A stretch of DNA of 63,944 nt, filler included, from Vicugna vicugna (GCA_013265495.1; 80 parts of 79 records of this genome joined end to end with filler, not necessarily neighbours in it); one strand, 5' to 3'; positions 12,625-24,726 are shown, counted from the first letter of the whole stretch. Notes: generated from the letters alone by a model not told the origin. Numbers and translations are program-made.

Positions 12625-12847
12625 TATCTTTTTTATATATAGTAATGTGTATCTGTTAATCCCAAACTCGTAATTTATCCTCCCCCCACCACCACCCTTT
12701 CCCCTTTGGTAACCATAGTTTGTTTCTTATGCCCATGAATCTGTTTTTGGTATGTAAATAAGATTTGTATCATTTCTTAAGTAAAGTAAGTCAGACAGAG
12801 AAAGACAAATATCATATGATATCACTTATATGTGGCATCTAAAAAGA
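12625..12847 (-). mobile_element. L1 3' UTR fragment with inverted 5' segment
   Basis: 12625-12779 is an artiodactyl-type L1 3' UTR on the minus strand. 12780-12847 (aagtaagtcagacagagaaagacaaatatcatatgatatcacttatatgtgg) is the upstream-adjacent consensus segment on the plus strand. Confidence 0.8.
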
Positions 12848-14219
12848 ATTGTATGAAAGAAATCTTCACTTTCTAGTCAATGTCCAGAGAGGATCCAGCA
12901 CCTCCTCCTCTTACTTATTTTTATTGCCTCACATGTGCCCACTTTAAATGTAGAAGATACCACACACATTGTCTAGAATTCTATTTAAATACAGAATGTA
13001 CATGAACCAACTCCCCAAACTGACTCATGTTGCTTTCTTATTTGTGACTAACTAGCACAGATGTTAACAAGTTGAAGTGATTATCCAACAGGCCTAGTCA
13101 GNNNNNNNNNNNNNNNNNNNNNNNNNNNNNNNNNNNNNNNNNNNNTTAATTAATTAANNNNNNNNNNNNNNNNNNNNNNNNNNNNNNNNNNNNNNNNNNN
13201 NGGGGCAGCGGTAGCCAAGACTCCCAGATGCAGCCAGAGAGAACCCACCTGGTGGCAGATCCCGGATGGTTGTTCTTATTAGGCCATCACAGTCATTGGG
13301 CTCTATTTCCCATTATCCCTGCAGTGAATTTCACTCACCAGAGTGTGATAGCAGCAGATAACCTCTTTACGGGCAAACAGCAGGAGCAGTCTGTAGCCTG
13401 TTACAGCCACAGGGAGCAGGCTGAGTGGTTAACTGGCAGATAATNNNNNNNNNNNNNNNNNNNNNNNNNNNNNNNNNNNNNNNNNNNNTTAATTAATTAA
13501 NNNNNNNNNNNNNNNNNNNNNNNNNNNNNNNNNNNNNNNNNNNNAATAATGGCTTGCTTTTACAAGCTGGGTTCTCACCCACTAGGCATTGCTGGTCCAG
13601 GACAGCTGGCGTTTGACTTTTTTGATCTGTGTGCCCTTGGCGCCTACTTTTTAGAGCTCTCTGGGGGAAATGTCTAAGCTTTGGGACGTCTTTACTCCGG
13701 GTGACAGAGTGAGAAGTTTATGCAAAGGCCCCATTTGTTCAATTATTTTGGCTGTCCTGTCCTTATTAAGATTCAAAACTGAAAAGTCAAATTCTTTCTG
13801 AAAATTAGTCAACCTGCATGCTCACATAGAAGCCAGACAGTGAGGGAAAGGAATTTAAAATTGGAATCCGAAATCCCAAATTCTCAGTAGGACGTCCACC
13901 AGAAACCAGTCGTGTTTGCGTAAATGCTAAATAATTAATGACATTTGGGATGCTGGGGTGAGATTGTACCTCGTAGGGTAATTTTTCTCTTATAAGTGAG
14001 GGACAGTGTAAACTCTCTATTCTGGAAAATCTTAATGACGTGTCTTTACACGTCACTTTTGCAATCAACTCTTCCACTTGAAATCGGTTTATGCTGGCGC
14101 ATCCTGGGTGTGCTAACTGGTGTGCCCAGAGTCCTCTGTGATGGACAATAAACCAATGCAAACCTGAGCAACAGCCGTGGAGACAGATGAACAACAGGGT
14201 GAACCAAACGGAACCCCCA

Positions 14220-14464
14220 GAGTCAGCGCTGGAAGCGTGTTAACGTGGCCCCGCGTATGTCGACTTTCCACTGTCTCCCTCCCCATTGTTTTGTTGGTTA
14301 ATTGCTTCAAGTGTGAGCGCTGAGGGGTCCTCCACCCCATCTTTATGGTAGTTTAAACTGGCTGACCGCCCGCCTTCCAGCCCGCGGTTACTCTGTGGCA
14401 TCGCAGTCCACACGCCGCGAGCGGGGCGCCCTCCTGACCCTCCCACTTCGTCCTTCTCTCTGGT
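14220..14464. promoter_or_regulatory. CpG-rich segment, possible CpG-island edge
   Basis: Dense CpG (ccccgcgtatgtcgac, ccgcccgcc, cacgccgcgagcggggcgcc) next to CpG-poor sequence. Confidence 0.4.
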
Positions 14465-14705
14465 NNNNNNNNNNNNNNNNNNNNNNNNNNNNNNNNNNNN
14501 NNNNNNNNTTAATTAATTAANNNNNNNNNNNNNNNNNNNNNNNNNNNNNNNNNNNNNNNNNNNNTATGCCAAGGATTCACTGTCACTGCGCAATATTTTT
14601 CACTATTATCACCTTTGTGACTGAGAGGCTTCTGATGACCCTGCTTTGTGCATCTGTACATAAAGTAACAAAACAGAGAAAAAGACCTTATTAAAGATAA
14701 TTTAG

Positions 14706-14864
14706 GGGGGAGGGTATAGCTCAAGTGGAAGATCATGTTCTTAGCATGCACAAGGGCCTGGGTTCAATCCCCAGTACTTCTTCTAAAAATAAAATAAATA
14801 AATAAAAACCTAATTACCACCCCCCAGAAAAAAATTAATTTATTACTTTAATTAAAAGTTTAAA
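14706..14864 (+). mobile_element. Camelid tRNA-derived SINE (Vic-1-like) with target-site duplication
   Basis: ggggagggtatagctcaagtgg (A box) ... gggttcaatcccc (B box), followed by an A-rich tail. TSD AAAGATAATTTAG at 14693-14705 and 14865-14877, preceded by TT (L1 endonuclease site). Confidence 0.9.
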
Positions 14865-15542
14865 AAAGATAATTTAGTGCAGGCTTATCAGGCTACAAGA
14901 GCTACAATGAATGCCCCCACCCATTAATTTAGAAGTCTCACAGTATTTCTCAACATAAAGGCTAAAATATAATTTAGAACAGTTCCTGATGGTCAGCATC
15001 ATTTTAACAAAAATGTATATAATTACGTCCCTGGTGTCAAATTTCTGTCAGAGTTGGGCATGGAACATTTAGTAAAAGTGATTTTGCAGCTATCTTTGAA
15101 AGAAATGCTGAGAAATGATCTTTTCTGTTGGAAATTAGCCTGCTTTTACATTCTNNNNNNNNNNNNNNNNNNNNNNNNNNNNNNNNNNNNNNNNNNNNNN
15201 NNNNNNNNNNNNNNNNNNNNNNNNNNNNNNNNNNNNNNNNNNNNNNNNNNNNNNNNNNNNNNNNNNNNNNNNNNNNNNNNNNNNNNNNNNNNNNNNNNNN
15301 NNNNNTACTAAATTTCCCTGTTTGCTTAACCCACACAACAACTCTGTAAGATGCTATTATTACCCCCATATAACACATAAAGAGCTTGAAGCAGAAAATA
15401 ATTTGGGTAACTTGGTAAATGGTGGAGCTGGGTAAGACTGTAGCCAGTCTGACACTCAAGTCCATTCTTCTCACCAATGTCAGATACTTCTACCTACATT
15501 CAGCAATGACCTCTAATTTCATATTTAAGTGTGTCAATTCTA
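14836..15542 (+). repeat. Duplicated segment (paralogous to 56050-56788), including a MIR at about 15325-15475 on the minus strand
   Basis: High-identity colinear match covering the SINE tail, TSD, unique sequence and MIR. Confidence 0.92.
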
Positions 15543-16189
15543 AAAGTGCAAAGATATATTAGTACTGCTGTGTAAATTATCCATTTGAGATGTAATTGCC
15601 AAAAAAAAAAAAAAGAAATAAAATCAGGGTGCCACTGAGNNNNNNNNNNNNNNNNNNNNNNNNNNNNNNNNNNNNNNNNNNNNTTAATTAATTAANNNNN
15701 NNNNNNNNNNNNNNNNNNNNNNNNNNNNNNNNNNNNNNNCTTGAATACCTACAGAATAAGATTTGGTGCTTGTTCACAGTTGAGCCTCTGTCAGAGAGCG
15801 GGATTTCCTACTGATTTTTTAACTTGTCTGTATTTTTCTCATTAAATCATTTTAAAAATGCAAGTCCAGCTAGATGATATAAATTCTTTCTGGGGCAGAA
15901 TTAATTTTTATAAAAATAAAAAAAATACCGTATCAAACATAAACAAGATGTAAACGGGAAACTACTAGGTTTTGGTTTTCACAAAGTATACATATAATAT
16001 TAAACTTACAGTAACTGATAGAGCTTTACTTGAACAGCTCAGGTAAATTACATAATGACAATATATTATCAGATTTGGAAAGATATGTTTTAATCATAAA
16101 TGATAATCTTCTTCATAATATGAACTGGTACTTAAAAATATATATTTTACTCATTAATAAGATTTACTTACCATTTACTCTTTTATTTT

Positions 16190-16480
16190 TGAACATTTTA
16201 TCACTTAGGTATATTTTACGTATAGTAAAATGCACTTAACTTTGATGCTCAGTTCAATATGATTTGAAAAATTTAAACTCTGTAGTTATCATGTCCAAAA
16301 CAGGCTACAGAGCAAGATAATCACCACAGAAAACCCCTTTCTGACAATTTCCAGTCAATGCTACCCACTCAACCAAAGGACACCACTTTCCGATTTGTGT
16401 CACCTCAGCATAGGCTGGTATTAAACACATGGAATCCTACAGTATCTACCCTTATGTGTTTAAGTTTCTTTCATCCACTT
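16190..16480 (-). mobile_element. Old L1 (L1MB/L1ME-like) 3' end
   Basis: Minus-strand L1M 3' motifs tatagtaaaatgcac...atcaccacagaaaacccc...atggaatcctacagtat. Confidence 0.6.
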
Positions 16481-16507
16481 ATCGACTTTTCTTTGGATTT
16501 GAGTCCT

Positions 16508-16690
16508 GTTTATTTTTATTTTTATTTTAAATTGAAGTATATTCAGTTTACAATGTTGTGTCGGCTTCCAGTGTACAGCATTATGTGTCAGTCACACATG
16601 CACATATTTATATTCATTTTCATATTCTTTTCCATTATAGGTTACTACAAGTTATTGAATACAGTTTCTTTGCTATACAGTAGAGAACTG
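16508..16690 (-). mobile_element. Lineage-specific L1 3' terminus with poly(A) remnant
   Basis: T-rich tract followed by aattgaagtata...tttacaatgttgtg...ccattataggttactacaag...gctatacagtag. Confidence 0.85.
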
Positions 16691-17546
16691 NNNNNNNNNN
16701 NNNNNNNNNNNNNNNNNNNNNNNNNNNNNNNNNNTTAATTAATTAANNNNNNNNNNNNNNNNNNNNNNNNNNNNNNNNNNNNNNNNNNNNTCGGACTGGT
16801 CCTTGAGGCTGCTAAGTCCTTAGGTGTAGATGCAGTTTTTGCCATGACTACCACCTGAGTGCAAAGCACCAGAGGGTATGGTGGCTGTATCTGAGCCCCA
16901 GCTCTCTTTACCTAGAAAATATGTGGATTTTCAGAGATGGGGAATGCACCCTTCCACCCACAGGGCACATCTGGGCTGTTGTTTTATGGAGGGCCCAGGT
17001 TGTTCTGCCCTGTGCACCCACAGCCATGTCACAAAGCCCACTCCATTTCCCTGGGATGCCGCATCGCAGCCATCCCCATCTACCAACCAGTTCGGGCAGC
17101 GTGGCCCTGCCCCCAGCTTCCACGGGCCGTGTGGCCCTGCCCCCAGCTTCCAGGCTGCATCATTTGCTAGGATTCACAGGGATCCTCTGTGCCTGTTTAA
17201 CTTAGAACTGTCAGTCAACTTATACTTTGTACAGGTCCAAGCCTTGGAGGCTNNNNNNNNNNNNNNNNNNNNNNNNNNNNNNNNNNNNNNNNNNNNTTAA
17301 TTAATTAANNNNNNNNNNNNNNNNNNNNNNNNNNNNNNNNNNNNNNNNNNNNGCAGAGGCCTGGAGGCTTTTGGCGTGGGGACCCGGGGAGAGTGCCGTG
17401 TGTGGTCCAGGTTGTAGGATGCCCCTGCTGGGGAGGACACTGGAGAGAGTCCGGGGTGGAGTGCTTTGGAAAAAGTTGGGTTTTAGTAGAGCTGACACAG
17501 TAGGCAGTGAAGGGTGTCATCAGAAATTGACCCTCAGGAAAGGTAT

Positions 17547-17908
17547 TTCTGGTTTTGCTTCTGATATTTTACAGACAGAAGGGTCGGGACCGGCGAGAGC
17601 AGGTATGTCTGTCCCTTTGAGACCTACCCCGTCATTCATTTGTTCATAACACGTGCACTTCTGTGAGTCTAGGAGAGAGAGTTTGGAGCCACATTAGTAA
17701 GCAAAATTTATTTGCTTCTTGAGAGCTTAGCAGTGTCAGAAGTTGACTTAGCCTAGAATGTTCTAGGAACAGAGGAACAAATTGTGGAGTTTGGAGGGAG
17801 GGAATGCTTCCTTGGGAAACAGTCAAAAATGAGCCTGAAGTGGGAATTAGGAGCATGTCAGGGGGTCCCTAAGGTCACTGGGGACCTGTGTACTGAGGTG
17901 AGGCTGGG
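17547..17908 (+). repeat. Duplicated segment (paralogous to 9210-9576)
   Basis: See 9210-9576. Confidence 0.9.
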
Positions 17909-18218
17909 TAAGCAGTNNNNNNNNNNNNNNNNNNNNNNNNNNNNNNNNNNNNNNNNNNNNTTAATTAATTAANNNNNNNNNNNNNNNNNNNNNNNNNNNN
18001 NNNNNNNNNNNNNNNNGCTCTGGCTGCTCAGCCCCCATCTCTGTCCCCATCCCTCCCCCAGCGGGCCACCCAGTGAGGTCCATGGACTGGGGAGGGCCAT
18101 GCCTGCCAGCTCCTGCGTTTGTCCATGAGGGCCCGGAGCCCTGACCCTCCTGCCTAGCTTTCTGCCTTTTCTCTGTCGCTGGCCACCTGGGGGAGGGGGT
18201 GGAGGCCAGGGGAGCAAC

Positions 18219-18251
18219 ATGGCCCAGAGCAAGAGGCACATGTACAGCCGG
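18219..18251 (+). CDS. DCTN1: Dynactin subunit 1 (p150glued) first coding exon, with GC-rich 5' UTR at 18017-18218
   Basis: aacATGG start, 33 bp encoding MAQSKRHMYSR, then a GTAAGT donor. The DCTN1 N-terminus is MAQSKRHVYSR|TPSG (recalled). Confidence 0.85.
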
Positions 18252-19890
18252 GTAAGTGGCCCTGATCTGGGAGGGCCCTGGAGAAGGCCTGGGTGCCTAG
18301 CTGTGGGGGAGACAGGCTGGGGCCACTCGCATCCCCGCTGGTGCTGGACCGCACAGGCTGCCCTTCCCAGCGCTGGGGCCTCGGTGGATACTGGCAAGGC
18401 CTGACTGCTGACTCTGATCGGAGCTCGGACCAGAGGTTCCTGCGGGTGGCCAGACCATCCTGGGGATTCCGAGTGGGGTCGGTGGGCTGGAATGGCCTTG
18501 CANNNNNNNNNNNNNNNNNNNNNNNNNNNNNNNNNNNNNNNNNNNNTTAATTAATTAANNNNNNNNNNNNNNNNNNNNNNNNNNNNNNNNNNNNNNNNNN
18601 NNCCATTAGTTATTTCATGGTTCCTGTTGTTTTCGGAGGCTTCAACATTAAAGAGTTCACATGACCCCTTTAATAGTTCGGACTGCTAGTTGTCATTCTA
18701 TCTGTCTATGTTTTCCTTAGTGCTGACAAAATGTTACCGAAATTGACAAGTCTGGCTTCTAGGTCGATTTAGTATGTTTCAGAAACTAACTTCATTTTCG
18801 TATAACTCCCAAAACATTTNNNNNNNNNNNNNNNNNNNNNNNNNNNNNNNNNNNNNNNNNNNNNNNNNNNNNNNNNNNNNNNNNNNNNNNNNNNNNNNNN
18901 NNNNNNNNNNNNNNNNNNNNNNNNNNNNNNNNNNNNNNNNNNNNNNNNNNNNNNNNNNNNNNNNNNNNNNNNNNNNNNNNNNNNNNNNNNNNNNNNNNNN
19001 NNNNNNNNNNNNNNNNNNNNNNNNNNNNNNNNNNNNNNNNNNNNNNNNNNNNNNNNNNNNNNNNNNNNNNNNNNNNNNNNNNNNNNNNNNNNNNNNNNNN
19101 NNNNNNNNNNNNNNNNNNNNNNNNNNNNNNNNNNNNNNNNNNNNNNNNNNNNNNNNNNNNNNNNNNNNNNNNNNNNNNNNNNNNNNNNNNNNNNNNNNNN
19201 NNNNNNNNNNNNNNNNNNNNNNNNNNNNNNNNNNNNNNNNNNNNNNNNNNNNNNNGTTAGAAGAGTGCAAAGCAGATGCTTGGCTGACAGAACTCAAAGA
19301 ATCCTGTGAAAATATCCCCCCAGTTGATTCTGAGACCAAGCTCCGAGCTGCCAAATTTGAGGTAGCAGAGGCAGCGTTCAGGGAGGGATAGGGCTACGGA
19401 TGGTGGCACACGCTGAGTCTCAGGGATCTGGAGTGCGTTGTGGGATGTGGTGGGTCCTATCAAGAGAGCAAACCGACCTGGGACCCCAATGAGCAAGCAA
19501 CCACCCTGGCGTGCGCAGTTGAAATTATCGATATGTCCCATGGCCACACCCAGTTTTTATGCAGGACCAGAGACCAATTTGGCATTTTGCCAATAGAGCA
19601 TGNNNNNNNNNNNNNNNNNNNNNNNNNNNNNNNNNNNNNNNNNNNNTTAATTAATTAANNNNNNNNNNNNNNNNNNNNNNNNNNNNNNNNNNNNNNNNNN
19701 NNACAAACACAGGTTGCAGTCCATATTTGTCCTGCAGGCCACAGTTGACCCAGACCCCTGATGCACATGTTGCAAACTCAGACTTAAGATTGTGTATACT
19801 ATATATCAATTCTAAATTTACATATTGAACACATAAAATGCACTTTGCTGAAAGAACTGTGCATTATTTCCTCAGACTCTAGTGACTTGA

Positions 19891-20415
19891 TGTTTAGGGT
19901 TGAATTGTGTTCCTCCACAAAAGATATGTCTAAGTCTTAACCCTCAGTACCTCAAAATGTGACCTTATTTGTAAATAGAGTCTTTACAGAGACAATCAAG
20001 TTAAATGAAGTTATTAGGGTGAGCCCTAATCTAATATAGCTGGTATTCTTGTAGCCAGGAGACTAGGAGAAAGACCTGGAGAAGATCTTTCCCCAGTGGC
20101 TTCAGAGGGATAACAGCTCTGCCAGAACTTTGATTTTGGACATCTGGGTTCCTGAGCTGTGAGGTAATAAATTTCTGTTGTTGTAAGCCACCAGTTTGTG
20201 GTTTTGTTACGGCAGCCCTAGGGAATCCATATGTATTTGGGTGCTGGGAAGTGGGGTGCTCCTGTGACAAATAGCTAAAAATGTGCAAGTGTCTTGAAAT
20301 TGGATAATGGGTAAAAACTGGAAGAGTTTTGAGGTACATGACAGGAAAATAAACTTAGACTGCCTGGAAGGATCCATCAGTAGAAATAAGAACATTAAAG
20401 GGGATTATAATGAGA
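19891..20415 (+). mobile_element. MLT1 (MaLR) LTR at 19891-20232 followed by MLT1 internal sequence
   Basis: LTR 5' tgtttagggttgaattgtgt...aatgtgaccttattt, LTR 3' aataaatttctgttgttgtaagccaccagtttgtgg...gcagccctag, then internal gaagtggggtgct...aaaaatgtg...ctggaagagttttgagg. Confidence 0.85.
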
Positions 20416-20597
20416 AACCCCCACCAATCTATAGTCTAGTGGAGGGATAGTAGTAATTGAGAGAAAGTTCACTGATGTTAAGAATACAACCTTTGCTNNN
20501 NNNNNNNNNNNNNNNNNNNNNNNNNNNNNNNNNNNNNNNNNTTAATTAATTAANNNNNNNNNNNNNNNNNNNNNNNNNNNNNNNNNNNNNNNNNNNN

Positions 20598-20943
20598 GGC
20601 TCTCGCTAATACTTGGTTTAGAGCCCAATCCCATCTTTCCCCACAACCCGGCCATGGCAAGCCATCATGGAAGAACAGTTAAGGTGTTGTATTACAACCC
20701 AGGCGCTGCTGTTAAATGCAGGAACATCCCCACACTCAAGACATCTGAACCCAATATCGTGTGTGTGCTGCAGGAGGGAAACAGGGTCCACGCATATTTA
20801 TGGGGGCACAGGTGATCCCAGGTTGGGGATATACTTTAACCACCTCCACTGCCAAAATATAGGAACTCGCTAATACTTGGTTTTAGAGCACAACCCCCAA
20901 TTTCGCTCCCAACCCGGCCAAGGAAAATACTCAGGAATATCAA
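20598..20943 (+). repeat. Diverged ~266-bp satellite (family B)
   Basis: ctcgctaatacttggttt occurs twice and the family B core is present. Closely matches the monomer at 7410-7625. Confidence 0.9.
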
Positions 20944-21043
20944 NNNNNNNNNNNNNNNNNNNNNNNNNNNNNNNNNNNNNNNNNNNNTTAATTAATTAAN
21001 NNNNNNNNNNNNNNNNNNNNNNNNNNNNNNNNNNNNNNNNNNN

Positions 21044-21417
21044 TTTAGGCTAAATGAGGTGTATCATATGTAAATACGTATATATACATTGACAATTTTT
21101 TTTATTAATCCATCTGTCTCTCTGGACACCTCAGTTGTTCCCTTTCCACATCTTTGAGAGACTATGTACATTTATTTTGCTGGATAATATGATGGTAAAA
21201 TTTTGGGGTTTTTTGAGGAAACTTCATACTGTCTTCCATAATGGCTGTACCAAGTTACATTTCTACCTACAATGTGCAAGTGTCCCTTTTACCTCACATC
21301 TTTGTCACCAATTGTTATCTCTCTTCTTTTTTTTTTTAACAGCCATCCTAACAAGTGTGAGGTGATCTCTCATTGTGGTTTTAATTTGCATTTCCCTGTT
21401 GATTAGTGATATTGAAC
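21044..21417 (-). mobile_element. L1 ORF2 3' region fragment
   Basis: ttttgaggaaacttcatactgtcttccataatggctgtacca...gtgtgaggtgatctctcattgtggttttaatttgcatttccct. Confidence 0.9.
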
Positions 21418-21872
21418 TGCTAGGCAGTTAGACAGAAATAAGCATCAAGCAAAGGGGAGAGGAAGGGGGAAGGAGCAACCCAGAAAATAACAGTACACCT
21501 GCATTCAGGATAAGGTGCTCAGTTTGAGTCCCTTCCTGTAAGTTTCTCTGTGTGCATGTGCAAAAGAGATGGGCGTGCCTGAGCACCAGGAACGTGAGCT
21601 GTCAATCAGCCTGAACACAAGGAACATGAGCTGTCAATCAGTCAACCTGAGCACTCAAAGACTGTGAGCTGTCAATCAATCAGTCACAAAAATGCCCCCT
21701 AAGCCAGGCTGTAAGACGGGAGAAACAAAAGAGCAGCATCCTTTTCCCCCTCTTGGGTTGGCCCACCTCCAATTCTTAAGGGTGTACTATATTTTACTAT
21801 CTTTTTACTTTACTAATGAAACCTTCTGTTTATAGCACGCTTTCTGTCTTTCATTAAAAATTCTTTTTTTTT
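21418..21872 (+). mobile_element. ERV LTR (solo or terminal) inserted into L1
   Basis: Starts with TG exactly where L1 homology stops. Contains U3-like tandem repeats and ends near an ATTAAA-type signal and T tract at the scaffold end. Confidence 0.7.
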
Positions 21873-22460
21873 NNNNNNNNNNNNNNNNNNNNNNNNNNNN
21901 NNNNNNNNNNNNNNNNTTAATTAATTAANNNNNNNNNNNNNNNNNNNNNNNNNNNNNNNNNNNNNNNNNNNNTTTGGTCAGCTTCATTCTAAAAGACTGC
22001 AATGTGTGGAGCAGATAATAGCCACTAACTCGTGTAGGTACGTGATGATTGCCATCCTTTGCTGAGGGCCCTGAGAGAAGGACGTGTTAGTTAGCCCATT
22101 TCACCTTGAAGCTCCTGAAAGCAGAGTAGTCACAGGTCTAAGTCCCACCAGGGAAATTAGGGTCCAGGCTCTGTCTGTCACCCACCACATTTTCCCCAGT
22201 GCCTGCCACGTGTGCTGCTCTAGGCATAGACACAGTGGGGTGACACCCACAAGGGGGGTGGCAGCTTCTCTGTCTGAGCCTGGAAACTGAGTCCATTTCT
22301 CTGGTGGAGGCTCAGCTGGACAGGGAGGTGGCAAAGGTGAAAATGTGCAGAAAACTCTCCTTCACAGAAGAGTCAAGGAGGACTGGGAGCAGTTGGGTGC
22401 TGCTCAGGTGGACAGGAGGAAGCAGAGCAGTGGAGGAGGACCTGTGAGGTCGACCTACGG

Positions 22461-22482
22461 GTGTGTGTGTGTGTGTGTGTGT
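22461..22482 (+). repeat. (GT)11 microsatellite
   Basis: Direct reading. Confidence 0.95.
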
Positions 22483-23442
22483 CGGAGATGGAGAGAGGGC
22501 CCTGGCGTGAGGTCATTTCTTCAAGTTCTTTGCAGGGCCAAGTAGAGGACCGTGCCACCTGTGTAACCCCGTGGCCACAGCTTTGCATGCTGGTGTGGTA
22601 TACAGGCCATCCTCAGGGAGTCTCTGCTGTCCTGACCCTGCCCAGGTCCCAGGGAAGGAATCAGAACCCAGAACCTGGAGAAATGACAGGGGAAGCAGGG
22701 GTAAGAAAGAGCCAGGGCGTGTCCAGGAAGCTGGCTGGATAAGAGATGTCTACTTAATGTGTCCAGCATGGATGGCTGGATAGCCAGTGATGGGTAAGAT
22801 NNNNNNNNNNNNNNNNNNNNNNNNNNNNNNNNNNNNNNNNNNNNTTAATTAATTAANNNNNNNNNNNNNNNNNNNNNNNNNNNNNNNNNNNNNNNNNNNN
22901 CTTGTACCTCCCCATATATATGTATGGACCATATGCCGACACAAAGAAGTGATTGTAGTAAAGATAAAGTGGCTGAAATCAATGTCCGGAAAAGCTAGCT
23001 AACTTTCCTAAATGTCCCAACTTAACTAACCACAGGACTGCCGCATCAATAATGGGGCAAATAGTACCTTGTGGATTTTTTTAAATAAATAAATAATGAT
23101 CCACTTCCTACCACCGGCAATTATGATAAGACTGATTATTAGTTCTTACAACAAATAGTGTAGAAATCATAATTTCTACTTGATTCAAACCACTTCAGTA
23201 TATAATTTGAATCTTTTTTCTTCAGACGGATTTGTGCCATTTGACCTAGTGATAAAATTTTCAACTGGCTTTTATTAAAAATATTCACAATAGTGTTAGT
23301 TTATTACATCAACTATTCCTTTATGGGAAACCCTTGTGCCTTNNNNNNNNNNNNNNNNNNNNNNNNNNNNNNNNNNNNNNNNNNNNTTAATTAATTAANN
23401 NNNNNNNNNNNNNNNNNNNNNNNNNNNNNNNNNNNNNNNNNN

Positions 23443-24726
23443 TCTAAATTCTATATTCAGTATTCTGTATTCTATATTCTAAATACTCTGTTCTGTATTC
23501 CATGTTTTAAATTCTGGGTTCTGTATACTCTAATATATATCCTTTGTTCTGCATACTTTATTCAAATTCCTATATTCAGTATTTTGTATTTATATACGAA
23601 ATTCTGTGTTCTGAATTCCATGTTCTGAATTCTGGCTTCTATATACTCTATTCTATATTCTATATTTTGCGTACTTCATTCTATAGTCTACAATCTATAT
23701 TTTGCATTCCGTATTCTATATTCTATATTCTGTGTTCTACATTCTATATTCTAAGTTATTTAATCAGTATTCTGTATTCTATATTCTAAATTCTGTGTTC
23801 TACATTCTATATTCTAAATTCTATTTTCAGTAATCTCTATACTATATTCTAAATTATGTGTTCTGCTTTCCATGTTCTAAATTCTGGTTTCTATATTCTG
23901 TTTTCCATATTTTATATTCTGTGTTCTAAATTCTATATTCTGTATGCTATATTCTGCATTCCGTATTCTACATTATATATTATGTGTTCTACTTTCTATA
24001 TTCTAAATTCTATATTCAGTATTCTGTATTCTATATTCTAAATTTTGTGTTCTGCATCACATGTTCTAAATTCTCTATTCTATATTCTATATTCTATATT
24101 CTATATTTTGTGTTCGATTTTCTATATTCTAAATTCTCTNNNNNNNNNNNNNNNNNNNNNNNNNNNNNNNNNNNNNNNNNNNNTTAATTAATTAANNNNN
24201 NNNNNNNNNNNNNNNNNNNNNNNNNNNNNNNNNNNNNNNAAATTCTGTGTTCTACATTCTATATTCTAAACTCTATATTCAGTACTATGTATTCTATATT
24301 TTAATTTCTGTGTTCGGCATTCAATATTCTTAACTCTGCATTCTAAATTCTCTATTCTACATTCTATATTCTGTATACTACATTCTATATTCTAAATTCT
24401 ATATTCAGTATTCTGTATTCTATATTCTAAATTCTGTGTTCTACATTCTATATTCTAATTTGTATATTCAGTATTCTGTATTCTATATTCGAAATTCTGA
24501 GTTCTGAATTCCGTGTTCCAAAATCTGGCTTAAATATTCTCTAAGCTATATTTTTTATTCTGTTTTTTNNNNNNNNNNNNNNNNNNNNNNNNNNNNNNNN
24601 NNNNNNNNNNNNNTCTATATTCTCTATGTTCTACATTCAATTTTTTTTTATTAATTAAGTATTCTGTATACTATATCCTTTATTCTGTGTTCTGCATTCC
24701 ATGTTCATAATTCTGGTTTCAATATT
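23443..24726 (+). repeat. AT-rich heptamer satellite (family C, ATTCTAT strand); two scaffolds, 23443-24139 and 24240-24726
   Basis: 7-bp periodicity of TTCT variants (attctat, gttctac, attctaa, attcagt, attccat). Confidence 0.95.

Noticed and set aside
14706..14785. tRNA-like sequences (also 29806, 43237 and 51323)
   Set aside because: Degenerate stems, A-rich tails and TSDs identify them as SINEs rather than tRNA genes.
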